DNA of 64,000 bases, from NCBI RefSeq assembly GCF_963921235.1, contig NC_086108.1, positions 105,464,001 through 105,528,000 of the forward strand. The letters run 5' to 3'. A program made the position numbers and the translations under genes. This DNA is from Mobula hypostoma. Its lineage: Eukaryota. The notes below the pieces were generated by a model. The model was not told the DNA's origin, made no database searches, and saw only the letters and a list, made by a program, of their open reading frames with translations. Shown here in pieces: positions 49,165-62,390 of the stretch. Positions within the stretch are counted from its first letter, which is position 1, and each line of letters begins with the position of its first letter.

Positions 49165-50146
49165 TTCCGTGGCAGGGTAGAGATATGTTTCTACCAAAGG
49201 AGGTGTAAGGTGCTCCTTCCCTCTGATAGCCTGATGCGGCACTTGCTTAGCCCCCGATCAGGGTTATATGAAGCCATGGGAGCAGGTGGTAGATGGTGGT
49301 ATTAACAGTTGGTGCATATCACGTCTTGGTTATGCAGCCACTGACACTAAACAAACAATCTCTGAAGAGTATTGTTATTGCTGGGGTCACCCATCTTGTA
49401 AAGACACTGCCCAGAAGAAGGCAACGGCAAAACAATTATGCAGAAAATGGGGGAATTTTCTACCTTTTGAGGGATCATTTCATCAAGCACCTCTGTTCCA
49501 TCTACCACAATGCAACTTCCCAGTGGCCAAACATTTTAGTTCCCATTCCCATTCCTCTTCCAACATGTTGGTCTATGGCCTCTTCTTGTGCCAAGATGGG
49601 TGGAGGAGCAACACCTTATATTCCATCTAGGTAGCTGCAACATGATGGCATGAATATCAATTTCTGCTTCTGGTAAAAAAAAACATCCCCCCACCTCTAT
49701 TTCCCTCTCTTACTTTTTCCCTCTTCTCGCCTTCCTATCACTTCACCCATGTATCCTGCTCTTTCACTTTCCCCTATGGTCCATTTTTCCCTCCTTTCAG
49801 ATTCCTTCTTCTCCAACACTTGACCCTTCTCATCCACCTGGCTTCACCTGTCACCTTCCTGCTCATCTCCTTTCCCTCCCCCCACCTTTTTATTCTGGCA
49901 ACTTCCCCACTTCCTTCCCAGTCCTGAAGAAGGGTCTTGGTCCAAAACACTGTCTGTTTATTCATTTCCATAAATGGTGCCTGACCAGATGAGTTCCTCC
50001 AGCATTTTGTGTGTATTACTTTGGATTTCAAGCATCTGTAGACTTTATTGTGTTTCCATAGAAAATTTGCTGAGAGCAGTCAGAGTCAAAGACCGTGATC
50101 GCCCACATCATACAATATGGCACATAATGATGATGATGATGATGAT
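49165..50146 (+). mobile_element. Second copy of the RTE-derived non-autonomous element, split by a Penelope fragment (about 49450-50057)
   Basis: Aligns to 7455-7835 on both sides. agaaaat is repeated at the junctions. The insert has a GIY-YIG remnant and a decayed hammerhead at 49919-49956. Confidence 0.75.
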
Positions 50147-51096
50147 GTTCACAGTTCTATTCCTTTGAGACTGTGTCGGTGAATCCTACCGCCTGGTGGA
50201 TGAAGGATCATTAACCTGGTGAATTTTAACCTGAAATAGAGAGCTGGCATCACCATGCGTGACCACAAAGGTGTCTGCCTGTCAACAGAATTCAGTAGGC
50301 TCACTGATCGCTTCATCCAGCAGGAACATTTACCTGACTCTGGTTTGATAACACCATGATTGACTCTTAAACATCTCTCCGTAGAAAACCATCAAGCAGC
50401 TCAGTTGTATCAAACCTCTCCAGAACTGGAAGCTACTGCTGACAAAGTGAGAGGAAGCACAGAACACCGTGAAATCATGGGTCAATGTGTCACACCAGCG
50501 GGCCATGGCATATTTATATGCTGCCCATACATTTTCTTACATTTGATGTACTTTCAACATGGTTAGCAGGTTTTATTTAATGTTTGCAGTGTGCTGAGTT
50601 GACTGACGTAGGGCGCTGTGTACCAGAACATGAATAAGCAGACTTCTCCCTGAGAAACAGTCCAGGCTAGATTATCTTTATTGCATGGATTTTTTTTGCA
50701 TCTGTATTTCTTGGGAGATGGATACTAAGTCTATAGAACTGAGGCAATACAGCAGGTTATGGACCCAATACAGATTACCTAGAAGGGTGTGTTTGCTGTC
50801 TTGAGGAAAATTAGGGTGGACACATTTCCAGGGTCTGACAAGGTGTTCATTTGGACCATGTGGGAGGCTGGTACAGAAATTACCAAGACCTTAGAAGAGA
50901 TATTTAATATGTCCTTAGCTCTGGGTGAGGTGCTGGAGGATTTGAAGATAGCTAATGTTGTTCTGTTGTTTAAGAAAGCCACTAAGAATAGGCCAGGAAA
51001 TTATAGGCCAGTGAGCTTGAGATGTATAGTGGGTAAGTTATAGGAAAGCATTCTAAGGGTCTGGATATATAAGTATTTGGATAGACGGAGACTGAT

Positions 51097-51230
51097 TAGT
51101 TCTGATGAAAGGTCTTGGTTCGAAACTTCAACTGCTTATTCTTTTCCATAGAAGCTGCTTGGATTGCTCAGTTCCTCCAGTGTTTTGTGTGTGTTATTTT
51201 GCATTTCCAGCATCTGCAGATTTTATCGTG
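51097..51230 (+). mobile_element. Hammerhead-only Penelope pLTR mini-insertion
   Basis: tAGTT-CTGATGA-aaggtcttggttc-GAAA-CTTC-AACTg then the pLTR tail. ttag is duplicated at both junctions and the CR1 host resumes in register. Confidence 0.7.
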
Positions 51231-51427
51231 TTAGGAGTAGTCAATATGGCTTTGTGAATGGTAGGTCATGTCAAAGCAATCTCAGGGGGTTTTTCGAGGA
51301 AGTTACCAAGAAAGTTGATGAATGCAAGGCAGTGGATGTTGTCTGCACGGGCTTTAGCAAGGCACTTGACAAGGTCCCGCATGGGAGGCTGGTCAAGTTT
51401 CAGTCACTTGGCATTCAAGCTGAGGTA

Positions 51428-53185
51428 ATAAGACCATAAGACAAAGGAGCAGAAGTTGGCCATTTGGCCCATCGAGTCTACTCTGCCATTTTATCATGAA
51501 CTGATCCATTCTCACATTTACTCCCACTCCCCCCTCTTCTCACCATAACCTTTGATGCCCTGGCTACTCAGATACCTATCAATCTCTGCCTTTAATACAC
51601 CTAATGACTTGGCCTGCACTGCTGCCTGTGGCAACAAATTCACCACCCTCTGGCTAAAAAAATTTCTTCACATTTCTGTTCTGAATGGGCACCCTTCAAT
51701 CCTTAAGTCATGCCCTCTCGTACTAGACTTCCCCATCATGGGAAACAACTTTGCCACATCCACTCTGTCCATGCCTTTCAACATTTGAAATGTTTCTATG
51801 ATGTCTCCCCTCATTCTTCTAAACTCCAAGGAATACAGTCCAAGAGCGGACAAACGTTTCTCATATGGTAACCCTCTCATTCCCGGAATCATTCGAGTGA
51901 ATCTTCTCTGTACCATCTCCAATGTCAGCACACCCTTTCTTAAATAAGGAGACCAAAACTGCCCATAGTACTCCAAGTGAGGTCTCACCAGCACCTTATA
52001 GAGCCTCAACATCACATCCCTGCTCCTATACCCTATTCCTCTGGAAATGAATGCCAACATTGCATTTGCCTTCTTCACTACCGACTCAACCTGGAGGTTA
52101 ACCTTAAAGGTATCCTGTACGAGGACTCCCAAGTCCCGTTGCATCTCAGAACTTTGAATTGTCTCCCCATTTAAATAATAGTCTGCCCGTTTATTTCTTC
52201 TGCCAAAGTGCATAACCATACATTTTCCAACATTGTAGTTCATTTGTCACTTCTTTGCCCATTCTTCCAATCTAACCAAATCTCTCTGCAGACTCTCTGT
52301 TTCCTCAGCACTACCAGCCCCTCCACCTATCTTCGTATCATCAGCAAACTTAGCCACAAAGCCATCTATTCCATAATCCAAATCTTTGATGTACAATGTA
52401 AAAAGAAGCGGTCCCAACACGGACCCCTGTGGAACACCACTGGTAACCGGCAGCCAACCAGAATAGGATCTCGTTATTCCCACTCTCTGTTTCCTGCCAA
52501 TCAGCCAACGCTCTATCCACGTATGTAACTTTCCCATAATTCCATGGGCTCTTATCTTGTTAAGTAGCCTCATGTGTGGCACCTTGTCAAAGGCCTTCTG
52601 AAAATCCAAATATACAACATCTACTGCATCTCCTTTGTCTAGCCTACTTGTAATTTCCTCAAAAAATTGTAATAAGTTTGTCAGGCAGGATTTTCCTTTA
52701 AGGAATCCCATGCTGAGTTCTGCCTATCTTGTCATATGCCTCCAGGTACTCCGTAACCTCATCCTTGACAATCGACTCCAACAACTTCCCAACCACCGAT
52801 GTCAAACTAGCAGGTCTATAATTTCCTTTTTGCTTCCTTGCCCCCTTCTTAAATAGTGGAGTGACATTTGCAATCTTCCAGTCCTCCGGAACCATGCCAG
52901 AATCTATCGACTTTTGAAAGATCATCGCTAATGCCTCCATAATCTCCACAGCTACTTCCTTCAGAACACGAGAGTCATTCCACCTGGTCCGGGAGATTTA
53001 TCTACCTTTAGACTATTCAGCTTCCTGAGAACTTTCTGTGTCGTAATTGTGACTGTGCACACTTCTCTTCCCTGCCATCCATGAGTGTCCGGTATACTGC
53101 TGATGTCTTCCTCAGTGAAGACTGATGCAAAATACTCGTTCAGTTCCTCCGCCATCTCCTTATCTCCCATTACAATTTCCCATTA
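51428..53185 (-). mobile_element. CR1 LINE RT to 3' end
   Basis: KSPGPG, NYRPASLTS, DFQKAFDKVPH, VPQGSVLGP, FADDTK. Confidence 0.95.
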
Positions 53186-54559
53186 CAATAATTTGGATTA
53201 GATTTTGGTTTCATGAATGAAGCCAGAAAGTGGTTGAGGATTGTTGCCTCTCTGACTAGAGGCCTGTGACGAGTGGAGTGCCACAGGAATTGGTGCTGTA
53301 CCCATGGTCGCTTGTCATCTATATCAATGATCTGAATCATAATATGGAAAACTGCTCTGCAAATTTACGGATGACACCAAGATTGGGGGTGTAGCGGAGA
53401 GTGAGGAAAACTGTCAAAGCTTGCAGAGGGATCTGGACCAACTGGAAAAATAGTAGACGGAATGTGATATGTTGTACTTTTGCAGAACATACCAGGGTAG
53501 TGCTTATGCTGAGCAGTAGGGCGCTGAGGAGTGTGGTAGAATAGAGGGATCTGGGAATACAGATCTATAGTTCCTGGTAAGTGGTAAATAGTGGTGTAAA
53601 GAAAGATTTTGGCATATTGGCCTTCATAAATTAAAGAACTGAGTACAGGAGATGGAGTGTTATGTTGAAGTTGCATAAGATGTTGGTGTGGCCAAATTTG
53701 GACTCTTTTGTGCAGTTCTGCTCACTTACATACAGGAAAGTCCAGGAGGTGGGATGATATATTGAAGCTGTATAAGACATTGGTGAGGACTAATTTGGAG
53801 TATTGTGTGCCATTCTGGTCACCTACCTACAGGAAAAATGTAAATAAGATTGAAAGAGTGTTGAGAAAATTTACAGAACTTGAGGACCAGAGTTATAGGG
53901 AAAGTTTGAATAAGTTAGGACTTTATTCCCTAGAGCATTGAAGAATGAGGGGAGATTTGATTATACAAAATTATAAGTTGTATAGATAGAGTAAATGCAA
54001 CCATACTTTTTCTGTTGTGGTTGGGTGAGACTAGAATGGGAGGTCATGGGCCGAAGGATTTATTTCTGTGCTATAGTGTTCCATAATTCAGTGACTCTAT
54101 AATGAATGCCAATACGCCATATGCCCTCTTAATAACCCTATCAACGTGCACAACATCTTTGAGGGGTTAGCGGATGTGAACCCGAAGATCTTTCTGTTCC
54201 TCCACACTGCTAAGAATACTGCCATTGACTCTGTATTGTGTAGGGGCACCTTCATCAGAAAGAATGCAGCTGTTCGAGAAGGTAGTTCACCTTCTCAAGG
54301 GATGTGTCAGACAGGCAGTAAATACCGTCTGTGTATTGCGGCACGGATACCGAAAATGACTTAATAATAATATATATATATAATATCATATAAAACCTTT
54401 AAATATTTATCAGTCTTACATTAAGATATTTATTTTATCATAATTACATCAAAATAATATGCAAATACTTTCATTTTCTTTTTATGTTAGATTCCATTCC
54501 TCAACCTATGGAATTAATCTCAAGAACTACACAGATCACGCTCTCAATATTATTTATAG

Positions 54560-57500
54560 TTTTATTATATTTTCTCAGCTCATTCTGTTAAAACCTGAGG
54601 TACGGGCATAGCCAAGCACACTCATTTCTCAATTGCTAGGAACTCTCAGACTATTCTAGTGGTGTTTAGTATTGTGGTTTTCTGAAGATTTACATAGATA
54701 TTGTTGTGTAGCCCTAATTGTTTAATGCTATTATGTAGTACCTTCAGAGTGATAACGATTGTAAATAGTACTATCGGGACAGTTCATGTTCCAAAGTCTT
54801 TCAATTTCCTGTTTTAATTCTAGTGTTTTTCACTTAGTTTTCCTCTTACCATTCAAGAAGATATCAATCTCTGCCTTAAATTCACTCAATGAATTGGCCT
54901 CCGCAGCTGTCTATAGCAAATTCCATAGATTCACCAGCCTCCAGCTGGAGAAATTCCTCCTCATTCCAGTTGTAAAGGGATGTTCCTTTATTCCGAAGCT
55001 ATGCCCTGAATTCCTAGACACTCCTTTAAGTGAAAGCATCCTCTCTATGTTGGCTCTATCCAAGTCTTCCAAGCCTTTCAGTATCCAAAGCATCAAACAG
55101 GATCGCTGCCAAAACATCGACTCTATTCCTCTCTGTAAATGCTGCCTGGCCTACTGAATTCCTCTGTCATTTTGTGTGTGTTGCTTTGGATTTTCAACAC
55201 CTCCAGAATCTTTTGTGTTTATTGTATAATTCTCTGGTAGATTTTAATGAAATCCCTCCTCATCCTTCTGAACTCCATCTATATTCTGCTAAATGACTTG
55301 TATCCCAGATCATGTCACTGAGATGCTTATTTTAGATGTTTGAAGGTTTTGCCTAGGGCATCTCATGACCTTGAACCAGAAACATCAGGCAGGGAAATTT
55401 AAAAATATTTAAATTGGACAACTATATGGACAGGAAAGGAATAGAGGGTTATAGGCTGAGTGCAGGTCGGTGGGACTAGGTGAGAGTAAGAGTTTGGCAC
55501 GGACTAATAAGGCCGAGATGGCCTGTTTCCGTGCTGTAATTGTTATATGGTTATATGTGTCTTTGGAATGGCTATATCTATTAAATAGGTTGTTTTTGCT
55601 TGTTTATCCTGTATTATTATATCTGGATGGTTTTATGGTTTTATAACTGATCAGTTATAATATAATTTGTGGTATTTTTACTCTAAAACTGGATCAGATT
55701 TGAATTTATAGTAAGGTGTACTTTCTATTATGAGTTTGTGTTTTAAAGCAAGATTCTGATGAATGATGTTTGTCTCTTGATTGTGCTTGTGTAAGTAATC
55801 AGATTGAGTTAAACGGCTGCAGGATCCTGTAATGTGTTGGATTGTTCCTGGTTTTTCCTTGCATTTTTTACATTTATCATCTTGAATTTGTCGGTTTTCT
55901 ACTATGTGTTTTTGGTATTTTTTTTGTGTCCTGTCTAACCACAAGGAGCCCTTCTATTTCTGGGAAGAGGTCTCCAACTCTGAGCCAGATGTTCAACACT
56001 TCCTTGTTGACATCTAATCTAATCAAGTCATAGGGATGTCTTCCACAAAGGGTTATGCTCTTCCATTGGTTAACCTTTTCTTCAATAGTGATAATGTATA
56101 TGGGTTTCAGCAAGGCATTTGACAAGGTACCCCATGCAAGGTTTATTCATAAAGTAAGGAGGCATGGGATCCAAAGGGACATTGCTTTGTGGATCCAGAA
56201 TTGGCTTGCTCACAGAAGGCAAAGTGTGATTGTACACGGGTCATATTCTGCATGGAGGTCGGTGACCAGTGGTGTGCTTCAGGGATCTGCTCTGGGACCC
56301 CTACTCTTTGTGATTCTTATAAATGACCTGGATGAGGAAGTGGGGGGATGGGTTAGTAAATTTGCTGATGACACAAAGGTTGGGGGTGTTGTGGATAGTG
56401 TGGAGGGCTGTCAGAGGTTACAGCGCGACATTGATAGGATGCAAAACTGAGCTGAGAAGTGGCAGATGGAGTTCAACCCAGATATGGTTGGTGGTTCATT
56501 TTGGTAGGTCAAATATGATGATAGAATATAGTATTAATGGTAAGTCTCTTGGCAGTGTGGAGAGATTTTGGGGTCCAAGTCCATAGGACAGTCAAAGTTG
56601 CTACACAGGTTGACTATGTGGTTAAGAAAGCATAGGTGTATTGGCCTTCATCAATTCGTGGGACTGAGTTTGGGAGCTGAGAGGTAATGTTGCAGCTATA
56701 CAGGACACTGGTCAGACCCCACTTGGAGTACTGTGCTCAGTTCTGATCATCTCACTATAGGAAGGATTTGGAAACCATAGAAAGGGTGCAGAGGAGATTC
56801 ACAATGATGCTACCTGGATTGGGGATCATGCCTTATGAGAATAGGTTGAATGAACTCAGACTTTTTTCCTTGGAGCGATGGAGGATGAGAGGTGACCTGA
56901 TAGAGGTGTACAAGATAATGAGAAGCATTGATTGTGTGGATAGTCAGAGGTTTTTTCTCAGGGCTGAAATGACGAGCACGGGAGGGCACAGTTTTAAGGT
57001 GTTTGGAAGTAGGTACAGAGGAGATATCGGGGGTAAGTTTTTTACGCAGAAAGTGGTGAGTGCGTGGAATAGGCTGCCGGTGATGGTGGTGGAGGCGGAT
57101 ACGATAGGGTCTTTTAAGAGACTCCTGGACAGGTATATGGAGCTCAGAAGAATAGAGGGTTATGGGTAACCCTAGGGAATTTCTCAGGTAAGGACATGTT
57201 TGGCACAGCACTGTGGGCCGAAGGCCCTGTATTGTGCTGTACGTTTTCTATGCTTCTATGTTTTTATGTCTTCATTTTTCTGGGCTGTGCTCTCATCTAA
57301 GTTTAGTGGTGTATACTTCTTATCATAATTACATATGCTTGCGTGGAGTGCTGAATCCTGTTTTTGTTGATGAAAGTATGTCCTCAGAAATTTTATCTGA
57401 CTGTTGTGTAGATTTTGAATGTTTGTTATTCCTTTTCCCCCTTCTGTCCTAGGTAGTGTAAATCTAAATGCATTCAAATGTACATAATGTTTTCTAACAT

Positions 57501-58110
57501 TTGTCACTTCAGTTCTTATTTCTCTTTGTAAATTTTCTAGATCAGTTTTGGACCAAGATTTCATGCTAAAAGAATATATTATTATGGGTATAGCACAAGT
57601 GTTTATTGTCTTTGGTATATTTTTACTATTGAGCTCTGGCAGATTTCTTAAGCCTTGAAGTAAGTTCTGTCAGAAAGTTTTCCTTTATCGCATTATGATC
57701 TATTTTCTTTCCTTGATGATATCTCGGATACTTACTTTTCATATTCATCCATCGGTTGTATAGTATCCTGCTGCTCTCTTTTGTATTCTATTAGCTCTGT
57801 TGCACCTTTCTTTATGTTTAATGTTCTCCATTATCCAGTTCAAGGTTGATGTTTATATCTTTTGAAAATTGTTCTGCTATTTGAATTAATTGTTTTAGAT
57901 TAACTGATGAAGGAGCATATAATTTCAAATCATCCATCGATAGAAGCTGTGTTAAAGCATAGCCCATTTCATTGTTTCTGATTTGATACCCAATTTTCAG
58001 CTGATTCAGTAAATTAGAGAGTGGGTTTTAAGCTAGACAGAACCATAGTGGACTTAGAAAGTCACTTTGGAAAATGCCTCGGTTTATTTTGACAACAGTG
58101 GTTGCTATTA
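54560..58110 (-). mobile_element. Second R4/Dong-like element in three pieces (about 54560-54840, 55555-56090, 57265-58110)
   Basis: Reverse-complement homology to 28085-29720: KCKKCKEKPGTIQHITGSC, LPRTEGGKGITNI, and the same gagctgagaaaa 3' end. Confidence 0.85.
56090..57265 (+). mobile_element. CR1 LINE RT to 3' end, inserted in the R4 copy
   Basis: FSKAFDKVPH, QGSALGP, KFADDTK, FFTQKVVSAWNRLP. Confidence 0.94.
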
Positions 58111-58193
58111 GATCGGGTGATTACAGAATGCCAATACTTCATCAGATGTTGCAGGAATTTCTCAAGTATTGGGTGTAGCTTATATATATTAAC

Positions 58194-58362
58194 GATGATG
58201 ATGATGATGTCGACTCAGGCCTGACAGGCCAGCGTTGGGCATTTTCATGTCCTGCAAGGCGCAGATCGGAAGGCTGTGTGGGGCGCCTTTCCTTGCACAG
58301 ACATTTCGCAGTATTTTTCTTTATTTTACAAGGTCGAGTTGTGAGCTCAACACTCAACCCTA
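58194..58362 (-). mobile_element. Short non-autonomous RTE partner element with (CAT)n tail
   Basis: 13-bp TSD tatatatattaac at 58181-58193 and 58363-58375. The 3' 33 nt are homologous to the RTE end at about 40343-40377. Confidence 0.8.
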
Positions 58363-59725
58363 TATATATATTAACCCTATATGTATTATATTACTATATA
58401 TATTAAGATCATCCATTAATCATGAGTGTGGGACAGATTCAAATGCCTATTGGTAGTCAATATAGTAACATGAAAGATTTCTGTATTTCTTGATTATTAC
58501 TATTATTATTTTTACTTTTTTGAATTTGCACAGTTTGGCTTCTTTTGCACTTTGTTTGGTTGTTCATCTTTGTTTTAGTGTCATTTTCCATTGTACCTTC
58601 TTCCCATAACCTTTGACACCCTGACAAATCAATAACCTTCATTAGGTATATTTAAGGCAATAGATTCTGGATTCTGATAGATTCTGGATTGGTCAGGGTG
58701 TGAAGGGATATAGGGAGAAGGCAGGAGATTGGGGCTGAGAGGGAAATGGATCAGACATGGTAAAAATCATGGAGGAGACTTGATGGGCCAAATGGCCTCA
58801 TCCTGCTCCTATGCCTTATGGTCCTGTTATGAGATGAGGACTCAGGATAGGACGGTTGTTAAAAAAGCAAAGATAGTCAGCAGTCAGACTTTTAGAAAGA
58901 GCTGGCAGATGATAGGACAAAAGTATTGCCAGCAGGGTGAGTATAGGTGCCTGAGGGATCCAGAGTCAAAAAGGGCAGCAAATACAGTACTCGGTATTAC
59001 AGTGCCCATAAAAGGTATTCACCCCCCCCCCGCCCCGGAAGTTTTAATGTTTTATTGTTTCAGAACATTGAGTCACAGTTGATTTAATTTGGCTTTTTTG
59101 ACACTGATCCACAGAAAGACTCTTTCGTGTCAAAGTGAAAACAAATCTCAACAAAGTGATCTAAATTAATTACAAATATAAAACACAAAATAATTAATTG
59201 CATAAGTATTCACCACCTTCAAGTCAGTAGATGCATCTTTGGCTGTAATTACAGCCTTGAGCTGTGTGGATAGGTCTCTATCAGCTTTGCACTTCTTAAC
59301 ACCACACTGCAATTTTTCCCCATTCTTCTTTACAAAACTGTTCAAACTCTTTCAGATTGCATGGGGATCATGAGAGAACAGACCTTTTCAAGTACAGCCA
59401 CAATTTCTCAACTGGATTGAGTTCTGGCCTATGACTTGGTCATTCCAAGACATTAACTTTGATGTTTTAAGCCATTCCAGTGTGGTTTGGCTTTATGCTT
59501 GGGGTAATTTTCTTGCTCCCAAGTCAGTTTTCTTGCAGACTGTATCAGGTTTCCCTCCAGGATTTCCCGTATTTTGCTGCATTCATTTTACCTTCTACCT
59601 TCACAAGCCTTCCAGGGCCTGCTGCAGTGAAGCTCCCCACAGCATGATGCAGCCATCACCATGTCTCCACCCTCAGGATCCCTCCCCTACCGCTGTTTGC
59701 CAGCCTGACCCCCGACTGTAAACCC

Positions 59726-62090
59726 GTGGCAACTAAAAGCAGGAGGTACAGCGCGGGGGACAGAGCTTTCATTAAGTCGGAGGTGCAGCAGCTGCTCAGG
59801 GAGGGGGTCATTGAGACAAGCACAAGTCCTTGGAGGGCGCAGGTGGTCGTTGTTCGGAACGGGGAGAAGAATAGGATGGTCGTGGACTATAGTCAGACCA
59901 TCAATAGGTTCACGCAGCTCGACGCGTACCCTCCACCCCGCATCGCGGATATGGTCAATCAGATAGCACAGTACAAGATGTACTCGACCATAGACCCAAA
60001 ATCCGCTTACCATCAGCTCCCCATCCACCGGGAGGACCGCCCTTACACTGCCTTCGAGGCGGACAGCAGGCTTTATCAATTCCTGCACGTCCTCTTCGTT
60101 GTCACGAATGGTGTATCTGTCTTCCAGAGGGCAATGGACCGGATGGTGGACCAGTGCCAACTGAAGGCCACGTTCCCATATCTGGATAACATCACCATCT
60201 GCGGTCACGACTGGCAGGATCACGACAACAACCTCCAAAAATTTCTCCAAGCGGCCAAAGCTTTCAATCTCACCTATAACAAGGACAAGTGTGTGTTCGG
60301 GACCATCCAACTTGCTATCCTTGGGTGCGTCGTGGAGAACAGAGTCATTGGCCCTGACCCCGACCGTATGCGCCCCCTGTTGGAACTCCCTCTTCCCAAT
60401 ACCCTCAGAGCCCTCAAAAGGTGCCTGGGCTTCTTTTCATATTACGCCCAATGGGTCTCTAACTACGCAGACAAGGCCCGCCCCCTGGTCAAGTCCACCA
60501 CATTCCCCCTCTCTGCCGAGGCCCACGCAGCCTTCAACCGCATAAAAGGGGACATTGCCAAAGCAGCAATGCATGCGGTGGATGAGGCCATTCCCTTCCA
60601 AGTAGAGAGTGACACCTCCGACTTTGCGCTGGCTGCTACCCTCAACCAGGCGGGAAGACCAGTGGCGTTCTTCTCCCGTACCCTTCAAGGCCCTGAAATT
60701 CGGCACTCTGCGGTAGAGAAAGAGGCCCAGGCCATAGTGGAAGCTATTAGGCACTGGAGGCACTATCTCGCCAGCAAAAGGTTCACCCTGCTAACTGACC
60801 AGCGCTCAGTCGCATTCATGTTTAATAACCAACAGTGGGGCAAAATCAAAAATGATAAAATTCTGAGGTGGTGAATCGAACTCTCCGCCTACAACTATGA
60901 CATCATGTACAGGCCTGGGAAGCTCAACGAGCCCTCCGATGCCCTATCTCGGGGAACGTGCGCCAGTGGGCAGATCGACCGGCTATACGCCCTACATGTA
61001 GACCTTTGCCACCTGGGGGTCACCCGGCTTTTCCACTTCGTGAAAGCCCGGAACCTGCCTTACTCCCTTGAGGAGATCAGGACGATGACCAGGGACTGCC
61101 AAGTCTGCGCAGAGTGCAAACCGCACTTCTACCGACCCGAAAAGGCACAACTCATCAAGGCCACCCGCCCCTTTGAGCGACTGAGTGTTGACTTTAAGGG
61201 CCCCCTTCCCTCCACCGACCGCAATGTGTACTTTCTTAACGTTATCGACGAGTACTCACGGTTCCCCTTCGTCATCCCCTGCCCCAATACCACTACCACG
61301 TCAGTTATAAAAGCCCTGCGCAAGCTCTTCACTCTGTTCGGATACCCATGCTATATTCACAGTGACAGAGGGTCTTCGCTTATGAATGATGAGCTGCGCC
61401 AATACCTGCTGGCTAGGGGTATTACAACTAGTAGGACCACGAGCTATAATCCCCGGGGGAATGGACAGGTGGAGAAGGAGAATGCCACGGTGTGGAAAGC
61501 CACACTCTTAGCCCTCAGTCTCTCGCTGGCAGGAGGTCCTTCCCGAGACACTCCACTCCATCCGCTCCCTGTTATGCACAGCCACCAATGCCACCCCTCA
61601 TGAGCGGCTCTTTTCTATTCCCAGAAAGTCGACCACTGGGACCACCCTACCAACTTGGCTGATGTCCCCGGGGCCAGTGCTGCTCCGGAAACATGCAAGG
61701 AGCAATAAATACTCCCCGATGGTCGAGAGGGTTCACTTACTTCATGCGAACCCTCCCTATGCCTATGTGGTTTTAGTTGATGGGCTGGAGGACACAGTCT
61801 CCATCCACGACCTGGTGCCCGCAGGAGCTCCGGGCCCCTACCCTGAACACTCCGTGGTGACTATTGACCCCGTACCCACTGATGTATGTACCCACGAGAC
61901 ACCGTGCACTCCAAACCCTACACAGACACCACACGACACTCCCATACCGGGCGCGATGCACACGCACGAGGGATTACCGACGCCTAACGTGCTGGCACCT
62001 GAGGTCAGGCCGGAGCCAGCACAACCGCCATCGCTGGTGCTACGTAGATCACAGCGACGGACTCGACCGCCTGATAGACTTAACCTGTAA
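59726..62090 (+). pseudogene. Gypsy pol remnant (stop at 60872-60874, frameshift near 61515)
   Basis: SPWRAQ, RMVVDY, SAYHQ, YLDN. RNase H: VESDTSD, EKEAQA, TDQ. Integrase: H...H...CQVC, VDFKGP, SDRG, GNGQVE. Confidence 0.93.
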
Positions 62091-62159
62091 ATATACTTGT
62101 TTTAAATATTGTCAGTCACTTCACCCTGCGGGACTCTTTTTAAAAAAAGGAGGGGTGAA

Positions 62160-62390
62160 TGTGGTAAACCATGTATATGTTGTAACTGGGTTACCTGTCT
62201 GCACACACCCCTCTGCTGACTGCCCCTGTGGCTCCTCCCACAGAATCCTGTATAAAGGTGTTCGCCTTGCCCCTCCCCCTCAGTCCGGGGGCAGACACTC
62301 ACTGTGGAGGTCGTATTGTACAGCGAATAAAAGCCTTTCAGTATTTTACCAAACCTCAGTCTTATGGAATTATTAATTGAAGGTGCTTCA
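62160..62390 (+). repeat. 3' LTR (231 bp) with TATA-like box and AATAAA
   Basis: TG...CA ends, tataaa at 62251 and aataaa at about 62326. Matches the solo LTR at 8509-8737. Confidence 0.95.

Larger units (their letters stand above)
50690..54070 (+). mobile_element. Old CR1 LINE host, interrupted at 51100-51230 and 51428-53185
   Basis: FPGSDKV...GNYRPVSL, SQYGFVNGRSC, LYKTLVRTNLEYC. Confidence 0.82.
59666..62390 (+). mobile_element. Gypsy/Ty3 LTR retrotransposon, 5'-deleted (RT, RNase H, integrase, PPT, 3' LTR)
   Basis: Domain order RT-RH-INT. PPT aaaaaaaggaggggtgaa at 62142-62159 abuts a TG...CA LTR. Confidence 0.96.

Noticed and set aside
59687..60763. Antisense and alternate-frame ORFs over Gypsy pol
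   Set aside because: Shadow ORFs of GC-rich coding sequence, with no recognisable motifs.
8509..62390. The two LTRs as the ends of one giant element
   Set aside because: They are in opposite orientation, and the solo LTR has its own TSD.
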